Origin: a virus
Lineage: Duplodnaviria > Caudoviricetes
Virus record (IMG/VR): IMGVR_UViG_3300029318_000059
Coordinates: 1 to 31,097 of that record
Strand: one strand, 5' to 3'
Length of the DNA stretch: 31,097 nucleotides
The stretch's first letter is position 1, and every line of letters begins with the position of its first letter. Below, one piece after another: positions 8,601 to 15,569 of this stretch. The position numbers and the translations under genes are program-made. The notes beneath the pieces were generated by a model. That model made no database searches and was not told the DNA's origin. It worked only from the letters and a program-made list of their open reading frames with translations.

Positions 8601-10365
8601 TTGAAACTAATGATTGAGAACCACTCTCTGCTGCTACATTTGCAGAACCAAAACTACGAACCTTTGACTGGATTGTATCACCAGAGAATGTGTTAGCAGT
8701 TCCCACAATACCGTGAACTGACTTAACATCTGATAATGAATAATTTGTATCACTGGTTACAAATCTTGAATCGTCAATGACACCATTAAACAGAAGTCTC
8801 TCACCTTTATGGAAGTTTCCATTAACGTTGTATGCAGTAAGAGCTGTTCCTGCAGAAACATTATACTTTAAGAAACCTTCAGCACCACTTGACTCACCCT
8901 TAATATGAGTTGATGTGTTAAGAGTGACCGGCTCATTAACTGAGATATCAGTATATACTTGAACATCAAACAATGAAAGATCCCATTGGTTGATGTTTGA
9001 ATTATTTAAATCATATGCACCCGACTCAAGAGCAAAATCATATACTCTTGCAATACCAACTTCTTTACCTGCAGCAACTAATGCATTACTTCCTACTCTT
9101 TTATTTCTTAAACTTAATGTTAAACTTGTGTTGATACCAATAGTTGCAGAACCATTAACATTGTTTAATCTGAGAGTAGACCCAAAATCAAAACTAACAG
9201 CATGTTGTTCGACTCTCTTTACAGTTCTTGGTTTAAAGAAGTCAAGAAGAGTTGGAGCTATTTTTTCAACCTCATATCCTTTCACGTAAGCCTTTCCAGG
9301 ACTTATTTTGTATATTCCTATGTCATCACTAGGAGTTTGGCCATTATTGGTACTTTGACCCTCTTCGAATATACCTCTATTTCCCTGATTATTGTTTAGA
9401 CTATCTCTTACAGCAGTTCTAAAAGATTTGACATAATAATTTCCAGATTCGTCAAATGTTCTTCTTGCAAATTCGTCACCAATAAAGTTGTAGTCTGTAT
9501 TTTTATTTACTATTCTTAGTTCACCATTTTTTACTTCTGATAATTGTACAAAACTTGCATCTTCAAAATTATCAAGTGATTTTTTTGCAAGATTTGTACT
9601 AATCTTCAATCGATCAGCACCTGGAGCAGTAAAGTTATTAAAACCTTGAGCATTGTCACTAAGCGATTCATCAATATCTGAAGATATAATCTCCTCAATA
9701 ATATCTAAACCAATTCTATATGAAGGACGGTTATTATATTGATCAAGAATAAGAGTTTGAGCACTTACATTAACAAAATAACCTCTTAAAAAATATACAC
9801 CATCAGCTATGTTAAATGATGAACCTATGATTGGTGCATTTTGTGGAATTGTAGCTGCAAAACCTTCTCCACTAGAGATAAAGGTTGATGCATACGTAAT
9901 ATTCTTACTAGTTGTTAAAACTTCTCCACTTAAAAAAGTATCCAATTCCTCATCCGTAGTTGAAGAATTTTCATAGTTCAAATAAAGAGTAAATGTATTT
10001 CTTTCTGATTCTTGATCGGTGATATACGTTACAACTTTTGCTGTTACACCAGAAGTTGCACCAGTTATAGTTGTACCAACAATCTGATCAAGATAGATAC
10101 CAACAGGGACACCTAAAAATTCAGGCTCAATCTGAACACCATAAAAATCTCTAACATAAGTCAGATCGCCGGGAATAACCTTTGTGCCTTCTTTGAAGAA
10201 ATGGTTTCCCATCTCTTCAACTTGATTCTGCAGAATGGACTGCAGACCAGTTAGTTCTCTTGCCTGAACTGGGAAACCAGGTTTAAATAAAACCTTGTAG
10301 TAATTTGATTGTGAGTCAAAGTCGTCAAAATATGGAGCGACATTGAGATTAGTTTCCTGTGGCAT
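2671..10365 (-). CDS. Large virion structural protein, VrlC-like / DUF4815-type, 2564 aa
   Basis: N-terminus MPQETNLNVAPYFDDFD...YYKVLFKPGFPVQARELTGLQSILQNQ plus APGADRLKI, RRTFDESGNY, YQMTDIAKLEQRIKNLEYYTSL, NRFKSG.FVDNF, DPLAQTF and GSLFKSQNASVW motifs; located directly downstream of gp8. Confidence 0.9.
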   Translation of the reverse strand: MPQETNLNVAPYFDDFDSQSNYYKVLFKPGFPVQARELTGLQSILQNQVEEMGNHFFKEGTKVIPGDLTYVRDFYGVQIEPEFLGVPVGIYLDQIVGTTITGATSGVTAKVVTYITDQESERNTFTLYLNYENSSTTDEELDTFLSGEVLTTSKNITYASTFISSGEGFAATIPQNAPIIGSSFNIADGVYFLRGYFVNVSAQTLILDQYNNRPSYRIGLDIIEEIISSDIDESLSDNAQGFNNFTAPGADRLKISTNLAKKSLDNFEDASFVQLSEVKNGELRIVNKNTDYNFIGDEFARRTFDESGNYYVKSFRTAVRDSLNNNQGNRGIFEEGQSTNNGQTPSDDIGIYKISPGKAYVKGYEVEKIAPTLLDFFKPRTVKRVEQHAVSFDFGSTLRLNNVNGSATIGINTSLTLSLRNKRVGSNALVAAGKEVGIARVYDFALESGAYDLNNSNINQWDLSLFDVQVYTDISVNEPVTLNTSTHIKGESSGAEGFLKYNVSAGTALTAYNVNGNFHKGERLLFNGVIDDSRFVTSDTNYSLSDVKSVHGIVGTANTFSGDTIQSKVRSFGSANVAAESGSQSLVSIPADPGFSFVGIVTVGNIVRYSRNAFDIQSLGRVVSVGATNFAIEAVESVTGVCNGALPTSVETVQNLELITTKLAGGQRSGNTSGNNTLFTSLPKVNIESVDLINSDIIIRRQYTTSITDNSTSSINAGENEVFLPYDEERYILIRSNGDTEILSEDRFSLTNGSTTLQINGLGANDTGSRLITTIRKSKVKAKTKIKNISKDIIINKSRDAASGIGSTTLNDGLEYGEYPYGTRVQDDQISLNTPDVYKIYGIFESEDTTDPTAPYMTLGQLNGNTATTNDLIIGETLIGQTSGAKAIYLQKLDDTNIYFSYLNDTSFLNNEEIKFQTSSVSGVSSLVKLGSKNITSDFKFDNGQRSTIYDYSRIVRRAEVQAPSKKIRIYYASAGYQNSDDGDITTIGSYEAFDYGKDLGAIDGFRVSDIIDVRPRVADYSVSEGANSPFEFSGRSFADGQSGRLHSAPHVIASDESMTLDYAYFLGRVDRIFIDTEGNLGLTEGAAEDDPKMPPAISNTMSIATIYLPPFLYNVSDAEVKFIEHKRYQMTDIAKLEQRIKNLEYYTSLNQLESQTLNSFVEDANGLNRFKSGVFVDNFSSLEPQDTSIGIRNSIDRRNGILRPSHHTTALNLQLSTRVIDGVSNESNTSLDTEFANPIGVNVRKTGQTVTLDYTDVEWLNQPYATRVESVTPYLVQFWQGNVELTPEVDVWIDTTQAEINNVMMEGSFQGIAEALGAEVTTNADGQSVGVTPTIWNSWETTGVNLDLSLSDRSQSSSVSTSNSNTRTRVRDRGARIITENTTTTETTTTTTNDHNISATSSVSLNQQRTGTQFTVNEQINTETLGNFVVNTEIINFMRSRNITVKGSSLKPFTRVYSFFDGVAVTKFCTPKLIEIEMIHGTFLPGEDVLGDMNNGGVQMFNSDSSPRARFRVANSNHKFGPYTSPTDFYGSNPYSRDNQIPELYSSSSSTLNVDLFSLQSTDFPQYFGRVETNMILTGQTSGAQARVRRKRLVTDRVGTLLASFRVPESGNSSNPSFETGRSLFRLTSSSTNSSIQGTVTTSGESIFYSQGDLTTTQETTLSLRNARVGRQEFTDTRTLSDSAETEEISFTIVNTETDVDVDVDRQIRRRPRPRPRPPRPAPRPLPDPDPLAQTFLIDDDTGIFVTKVDIYFRTKSDNGVPVVFEIRETYLGTPSEKILPFSQVTLNPNQVQLSDDGSAVTTFTFQSPVYLEAGKEYAMVLKSHSTDYSVYISRLGEVDITTLGGGESDQVIVSEQPLLGSLFKSQNASVWTPSQYEDLKFKLYRAEFSTSGSVSFYNPGFTKAFRSGSSVDPNGISLEPRQLRVGLGTTVNHDSDVPHPLQVGNTVKQLSIGAQGTLVAFAGSATGDLSLTNVGSGFTPSLGGFTYTGVALTAITGKGINGTVDITINGGVAVAATINAGGSGYVVGDVLTPVSVGSLDLGSGIQLSVQELLGNNTLVLENVQGNFSTNSAYPLYYENNVGFTTELNGVGGDVIPLSPITVAHQGDYMKVFKRNHGLYSNTNRATIENVQSDVVTNNLAQDYPFDTTSFITLESDSEIFKTFENIGVAGTNPGYVRIGDEIISYTGVNGRTLTGITRGVDNTTLSTHSLGELIYKYELDGVSLRRINREHQLANVVESELDEPAIGLDYYYVKVLMNANGTNRAPANSEGFPPLYFNDKKVAGGPLVQSTHNIPFHMIIPRITNITPLGTNLISQVRTVSASSVSGNQENMVDQGFQEVNLFEPNYFDSLRMLASGRNEELLLNSDLFPGKRSFTLTCDLTTVDTRLSPAIDLDNASVVFTSNRINQPITNYAGDFKVSGTIDDPNRFVYVSKNIRLENPATSLQVLFDAYCSTKNDIRVFFALDQDKPVDETIFVPFPGFKNLDVNGSVLERGKSNGTPDQLIPKVDSFEPFPTVDMFREYKYSIDDLVSFSSFRIKIIGTSTDQAVAPMIRNLRGIALA
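5182..5270 (-). repeat. Low-complexity coding repeats: (DV)3D followed by RRR(PR)n Pro/Arg tract
   Basis: (AACATC)x3 at 5251-5268, AGGTCT repeats around 5216-5232, and 14 consecutive G/C bases at 5198-5211. Confidence 0.85.
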
Positions 10366-10370
10366 ATCTC

Positions 10371-11930
10371 TTAAAATTGCAAGATAACTTTAACGTCTTC
10401 TTTCTGTGAAGTGGATCTAGTAACTGAAGGTCTATTGTCAATATAGATGATGTCACCAGAGTATTTTTCAGACTCTGGATTAGAAACTCCGTTAAAGAAT
10501 TCCTGACCCAAGTAGTAGGTACGACTATTTATTGTAGTTGAGATACCTGAAAAATTCTGGTGAATATTTAATGTATTACCAGATGTGGGAGTGATAGAAA
10601 CAGAACCACCAGATGTAGGACTTGCAGTAAATCTCAGTTGTTCAAACCCATAAGTAGGATTTACATTCTTTGTTCCGTCCGTATTAAAACCTGCAGTTCT
10701 TCTATCTTGCCAATATTTTAAAATTCCCGTTTGTTGATCATAAGAAACCACTCTACCAATAGCAGTAGAACCTAGACCTACGGTTTGAGTAACAAAACTA
10801 TCTGCTGTAAATATAGCTTCACTATAACCAGTACCTACTAATTTCAATGCATATACTGCACTTGCTTTATCTAATGTCAGATTCGTTGTAGAACCAAAGT
10901 TTTTTGGATTTTTGACAATACCAACTTGAGCAAATTGATTACCAGTAATAAAATCTGGATTTTGAGTGTCATTCTCAAATCTTGCATAAGATAAGACGTT
11001 GTATGCACCTAATTCACGGTAAATATCTGCACCATGACCACCATTAGGTGGAATAATCACGTCAAATACTGGTGCAACTGTTCCAGTTGGAATTCCACCA
11101 CCCTTAAGATCGAGTGTACCAAATGTATATCCACTTCCACCTTTAGAGACAGTTACTGATTCTATCTTCGAGTCATTATTAATAACAACAGTTGCTTCAC
11201 CACCTCTACCATCACCAAGAATCGGAACTCTAGTATAGGTTGTGTTGGCTGGTCCAATATTAACACCACGATTTCTAATCGTAACAATCTTCAATTGACC
11301 ACCAGAAGCCGCATTTTCTCTTACGGATTGATAAGATGAATTTGTGTCCCAGTCAGTTGGTATTGCAATATAATTTGTTGAATCAAATTTAATAATTTGA
11401 TTTGGTTTGATGGTGTAAAGATATTTCCAGATATATCCATCACCACTACTTCCAGCTTCTCTTGGTTCTAAATCAGTGAAATTAGGTTCGTCAAGAGAAG
11501 GACCACCCCTAAAACTGTTTTCTGGATTTGCATTATTATATAAACAAATATAAACCTTATACTCACTATTCATAACATAGAAATTTGAGTCATAGATATC
11601 AAATGACCCAGATGGTTGAGATGGATTATCTCTATCAATATCATTTCTCCACATATCATATGTGGTACCAGACTGCCAAGAAATCTTTCTTATAACTTGA
11701 CTTACATCCCCACTATTGATTTTTTTAAGAGCAATCATAGTGTCCCAATAATAATTGGAATCATCTAAACTGTCTTTTGGTGCAGGTGGAGTTGAATTCC
11801 AATCACTCTGAAACTCAGGAGCATCTGGAAGACCAATCCATGCATAATATGAATTTGAAGAATCTTGTACAGAATCGACAAAATTCTTCGCATTCAAAAT
11901 ACGCAGTTGATCAGTAATTATCGCAGCCAT
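10371..11930 (-). CDS. gp8: Baseplate wedge subunit (T4 gp8 homolog), 519 aa
   Basis: MAAIITDQLRILNAKNFV, W.SGTTYDM, FYVMNSEYKVYICL, DGYIWKYLYTI, GHGADIYRELG and the C-terminal YSGDIIYIDNR....RS..QKEDVKVILQF gp8 signature. Confidence 0.95.
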   Translation of the reverse strand: MAAIITDQLRILNAKNFVDSVQDSSNSYYAWIGLPDAPEFQSDWNSTPPAPKDSLDDSNYYWDTMIALKKINSGDVSQVIRKISWQSGTTYDMWRNDIDRDNPSQPSGSFDIYDSNFYVMNSEYKVYICLYNNANPENSFRGGPSLDEPNFTDLEPREAGSSGDGYIWKYLYTIKPNQIIKFDSTNYIAIPTDWDTNSSYQSVRENAASGGQLKIVTIRNRGVNIGPANTTYTRVPILGDGRGGEATVVINNDSKIESVTVSKGGSGYTFGTLDLKGGGIPTGTVAPVFDVIIPPNGGHGADIYRELGAYNVLSYARFENDTQNPDFITGNQFAQVGIVKNPKNFGSTTNLTLDKASAVYALKLVGTGYSEAIFTADSFVTQTVGLGSTAIGRVVSYDQQTGILKYWQDRRTAGFNTDGTKNVNPTYGFEQLRFTASPTSGGSVSITPTSGNTLNIHQNFSGISTTINSRTYYLGQEFFNGVSNPESEKYSGDIIYIDNRPSVTRSTSQKEDVKVILQF

Positions 11931-11950
11931 TTGTTAGAGGACTTTTTTCT

Positions 11951-11958
11951 TATTTAGA
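11951..11958 (-). promoter_or_regulatory. Putative late promoter upstream of gp8
   Basis: TCTAAATA in the 35-nt intergenic gap, 20 nt upstream of the ATG at 11930. Confidence 0.65.
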
Positions 11959-11965
11959 CGTTAAT

Positions 11966-14900
11966 TTAGACTGTGAACAGGTTTGGATATACCACAACCG
12001 TTCCACCCATTCCAGAGTGAGATGTACACTGATAGTACAGTGTGTTTGGAGCGTCAAAAGGAACTGCAAAAGTCACAATTCCACTAGATGCTCCATTGTT
12101 AGATACGCCAGTGTTGTATGCAGAACCACCATTACTTTGTCTAATTTGGAATGGGTGAGCACCCATATTATTGACAAATTCGTATGATTGACCTCTTGCA
12201 AGGTATATAACTGGATCGTTAGTATTACTTAATCCACCTGGACCTGTGAATGTATAGTGATTAGAACCACTCGCACCTAGAGTCCATCTAGATGTTATTG
12301 CATTTGATAAATCACCTTCAAGTGCCTTGGCAGTTACAATACCAGTGGAGATAACACCTCCTCTGGAAATTGTAGTTGCGGCACCAGTGGGGCTAATTCC
12401 CTCTACTCTGATAGATGTATTAGCTCTTACTTTTGTTGATACGAGTGTATCACCACTATAAGTTAAATTAGCAGAGTCAGCTAATACCCCCCCTGTACTT
12501 GAGAATACTATGGCACCAGATCCCAATAAAGAGGATATGGTTGTAACACCTGAAACAACCAAATCATCAATTTTAGCACCACCAACAACATCAAGTTGTG
12601 CTGTTGGATTAGTAGTTCCTACTCCAACATTACCTAAAGTATGAATACCAGCATCAGTTTGGACCCAATACGAATCTGAACCACCACCTGATGATGTAGA
12701 TGTAATTATAAAATTACCTGTAGGACTTTCTAGGATGGTAATATTTGATCCTGCCTCAATACCCGTTACAATACCAGTCAAGTTAGAACCATCACCATAA
12801 TAAGTTACGATACCACTTGTAGCAGTTACAATACCAGATACTGCTACTCCAATACTAGTGGTTTCAAATTTCTTTACATCATCGTAGTAAAGTTCTACGG
12901 CACCATCTGCAATTCCTCTGATAATATCATCATATCCATCACCCTCTTTTTGAACAACAAATCCACTGGCACCGCGAATATAAGAATACCCAGTGGTATT
13001 AGTCCAGAAGGCAGAACTACCATTGTGATCAAGTTTTACTTGATTGGAAGAACCAATATAGAGATCTGATGTATTATTTCCCGCATTTAAATAAAGAGAA
13101 GATTGAACATTAACAGCGCTATTGAACGTAGAAATACCAGTTACGTTTATACCATCAGAACTTACAACGACTCCAGACCTTGCTGTTACAATACCGATTG
13201 AATCAACATTTGTTACGTCATCATAAGTCAGTGTTCCTGCAATTGAAACATTCCCACTAAAAGTAGAATTACCAGTAAATGTAGAAATACCACCTACTTC
13301 TAAGGTACCATTTAGAATGCGTACTGCACCATTACCACCATTACCATATTTTACACTGAATAACTCAGTACTTCCACTTATACTAGGGAAGTAAGATTTG
13401 ACAATAAGACCACCATGTGCTGCACCTGGAACACCACCATAAATGGTTGTATCATTGGACCCAGAAATCCAAAGAGTTCCACTACCTCCACGTCTTATAT
13501 TTGCAGGTGTATTTTCTAATCTTAAATCATTAGAGAGAAATGCATTACCTGTATAAAGCGATGCCGATGTCAATATACCAGAGACATTTAACTGTTCAGC
13601 AGTTAAGTTGGTTGTAGAAGTAACCCCAAGTGTAGAGACACCAGAGACGTTTAAGTTATCTAACTCAGTGTGACCATCGATATCAACATCACCGTTAAAG
13701 TCGGCAGTACCAGTAAATGTAGAAACACCTGATACATTTACGTTATCTAACTCAGTGTGACCATCAACATCTATATTACCAGTGAATCCAGAAGTACCAG
13801 AGACAACTAATGTTTGAGTCTCAATAGTTCCAAAGATAGTAATACCAGCGCCAGTTGTTGATAATTTCTTATTATCATTATGATAAAGATCTACAGATCC
13901 ATCTTCGGTAAAGGTTGCGTATGATTTATCTCCCTCTACATTTGTCCAGGAATTTGTACCATCACCTCTAATGGTAATTCCACTTGTTCTACCAATAATT
14001 TCAAAACTTGCGTTGTCTTGGAATATTTCGGAGGTTGAGAATTTAACTCTGTTATTATTTGTACCAGTGCTTTCTCCCAGTACAATATTTGTATCTGATA
14101 TATTGACTTGACCCGAGAAAGTTGAAACACCAACAAAGGTTGATACTCCAGACACATTAAGATTATCTAATTCGGTGTGTCCATCTACATCAATATCCCC
14201 ATTGAAATCAGCAGCACCAACAAAGGTAGAAACACCTGATACGTATAATTGTTCGGCAGTTAAGTTGGTTGTAGAAGTAACCCCAAGTGTAGAGACACCA
14301 GAAACAACTAAAGTATCAGCACTAATATTTGCAGTCGTTATACCACTACCACCAGATTGTGCGACCCAATCATAATCAGATCCAGTCCAACTTAAGACTT
14401 CACCAGAATTAGCACTTGAAATGTTTAGATGAGTATCTACACTAGAGTCTGAATATCCACCAGCAAGACCATTACCATAATCAGAAATCATGGAAGTGGT
14501 AATACCACTAAATGTCGTTGCAGTGATAACACCACTGACATTAACATTGTCTAACTCAGTATGACCATCAATATCAACATCGCCATTGAAGTCGGCAGCA
14601 CCAGTAAAGGTTGATACTCCAGAGACATTTAATGTATCAGTTTCAGTATGCCCTGTTACATCGATACCAGAAGCAGTGGTTTCAAATTTCTTCGCAGTAT
14701 CAGTATGATAGATTCCTACACCACCAGTACCAGTAATATTAACTCGACCACCAACATTTGTCTCTAATTGAATATCTCCATCACTACCACCACTATTATT
14801 AGCTGCTATTTTTACATTTTCAGCACCATTAGTTGAAATAACTAATTCACTACCACTACTTCGTATCTGACGATTAGGGTTACCAAAACTAATACTTGTA

Positions 14901-15535
14901 TTACCTGCTAGAGTTACATTATTAAAGGTAGAGACACCAGAAACAACTAAAGTATCAGCACTAATATTTGCAGTGGCGAGACCACTTGAAGCAGCAGTGA
15001 TACGACCTTGAGCATCAACAGTAATATCTGCTGCAGTGTAAGAACCTGCAGAAACTGTTGTATCTGTAAGAGTGATTGTTGTAACACCAGCATTTACAGT
15101 GGTGGCATCAAATTGAGCACCAAAATTTAATGTTCCTGCGGTACCAACTGAACTACCCTCTTTTTGAACTACAACACCAGCACCAACACCAGTAAGTCCA
15201 GTTAAATTGGAACCATCACCATAATAGGTTCCACCTGTAACTACACCGAGTGTTGATATACCACTAACCTGAAGATTACGAGAAATAACAACATCAGTAG
15301 TGGCGATTGATACTGGAGTCGTTGCCGATATGGTGACATTACCAGTTGATGTATTGATCGCAACATTATCACCTGCAGTGATGACTGTTACAACACCGAC
15401 CGCCAAGGTGGAACCATCACCAATAAGATTATATAACTCCGAAAAGTTACTATTGATTTTAACTCCACCCCCAATTAAAGTATCACCTGTTCCATCATTT
15501 GGGGTAGTTCCAGTGTTAATACCTTGGTATGCCAT
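11966..15535 (-). CDS. Baseplate-anchored fibre-like virion protein (1189 aa): gp9/gp10-type N-terminus, repetitive beta-rich shaft, C-terminal cupredoxin-like domain
   Basis: N-terminus INTGTTPNDGTGDTLIGGGVKINSNFSELY resembles the T4 gp10/gp9 N-terminus. G/S/T/V-rich repeats (VSGVSTF, GHTELD, LY...KKFETT). C-terminal GAHPF...LYYQCTSHSGMGG. Confidence 0.85.
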   Translation of the reverse strand: MAYQGINTGTTPNDGTGDTLIGGGVKINSNFSELYNLIGDGSTLAVGVVTVITAGDNVAINTSTGNVTISATTPVSIATTDVVISRNLQVSGISTLGVVTGGTYYGDGSNLTGLTGVGAGVVVQKEGSSVGTAGTLNFGAQFDATTVNAGVTTITLTDTTVSAGSYTAADITVDAQGRITAASSGLATANISADTLVVSGVSTFNNVTLAGNTSISFGNPNRQIRSSGSELVISTNGAENVKIAANNSGGSDGDIQLETNVGGRVNITGTGGVGIYHTDTAKKFETTASGIDVTGHTETDTLNVSGVSTFTGAADFNGDVDIDGHTELDNVNVSGVITATTFSGITTSMISDYGNGLAGGYSDSSVDTHLNISSANSGEVLSWTGSDYDWVAQSGGSGITTANISADTLVVSGVSTLGVTSTTNLTAEQLYVSGVSTFVGAADFNGDIDVDGHTELDNLNVSGVSTFVGVSTFSGQVNISDTNIVLGESTGTNNNRVKFSTSEIFQDNASFEIIGRTSGITIRGDGTNSWTNVEGDKSYATFTEDGSVDLYHNDNKKLSTTGAGITIFGTIETQTLVVSGTSGFTGNIDVDGHTELDNVNVSGVSTFTGTADFNGDVDIDGHTELDNLNVSGVSTLGVTSTTNLTAEQLNVSGILTSASLYTGNAFLSNDLRLENTPANIRRGGSGTLWISGSNDTTIYGGVPGAAHGGLIVKSYFPSISGSTELFSVKYGNGGNGAVRILNGTLEVGGISTFTGNSTFSGNVSIAGTLTYDDVTNVDSIGIVTARSGVVVSSDGINVTGISTFNSAVNVQSSLYLNAGNNTSDLYIGSSNQVKLDHNGSSAFWTNTTGYSYIRGASGFVVQKEGDGYDDIIRGIADGAVELYYDDVKKFETTSIGVAVSGIVTATSGIVTYYGDGSNLTGIVTGIEAGSNITILESPTGNFIITSTSSGGGSDSYWVQTDAGIHTLGNVGVGTTNPTAQLDVVGGAKIDDLVVSGVTTISSLLGSGAIVFSSTGGVLADSANLTYSGDTLVSTKVRANTSIRVEGISPTGAATTISRGGVISTGIVTAKALEGDLSNAITSRWTLGASGSNHYTFTGPGGLSNTNDPVIYLARGQSYEFVNNMGAHPFQIRQSNGGSAYNTGVSNNGASSGIVTFAVPFDAPNTLYYQCTSHSGMGGTVVVYPNLFTV
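13599..14974. repeat. Intragenic direct repeats in the fibre shaft
   Basis: Identical 47-mers at 13599-13645 and 14256-14302; identical 47-mers at 14289-14335 and 14928-14974; identical 24-mers at 13655-13678 and 13742-13765. Confidence 0.9.
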
Positions 15536-15561
15536 CTACTGAGGATCCTTTTCTATGTTTT

Positions 15562-15569
15562 TATTTATT
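15562..15569 (-). promoter_or_regulatory. Putative late promoter upstream of the fibre gene
   Basis: AATAAATA immediately after the gp7 stop, 26 nt upstream of the ATG at 15535. Confidence 0.7.

Noticed and set aside
11972-12290. Calling the domain a petE plastocyanin auxiliary metabolic gene
   Set aside because: It is fused to a fibre, has no signal peptide, has HPF rather than HN, and has a shorter C-x2-H-x2-M loop.
13599-14974. Repeats as a CRISPR array or a DGR template/variable repeat pair
   Set aside because: Irregular spacing, in-frame coding, no adenine-specific mismatch pattern, and no cas or reverse transcriptase gene in the window.
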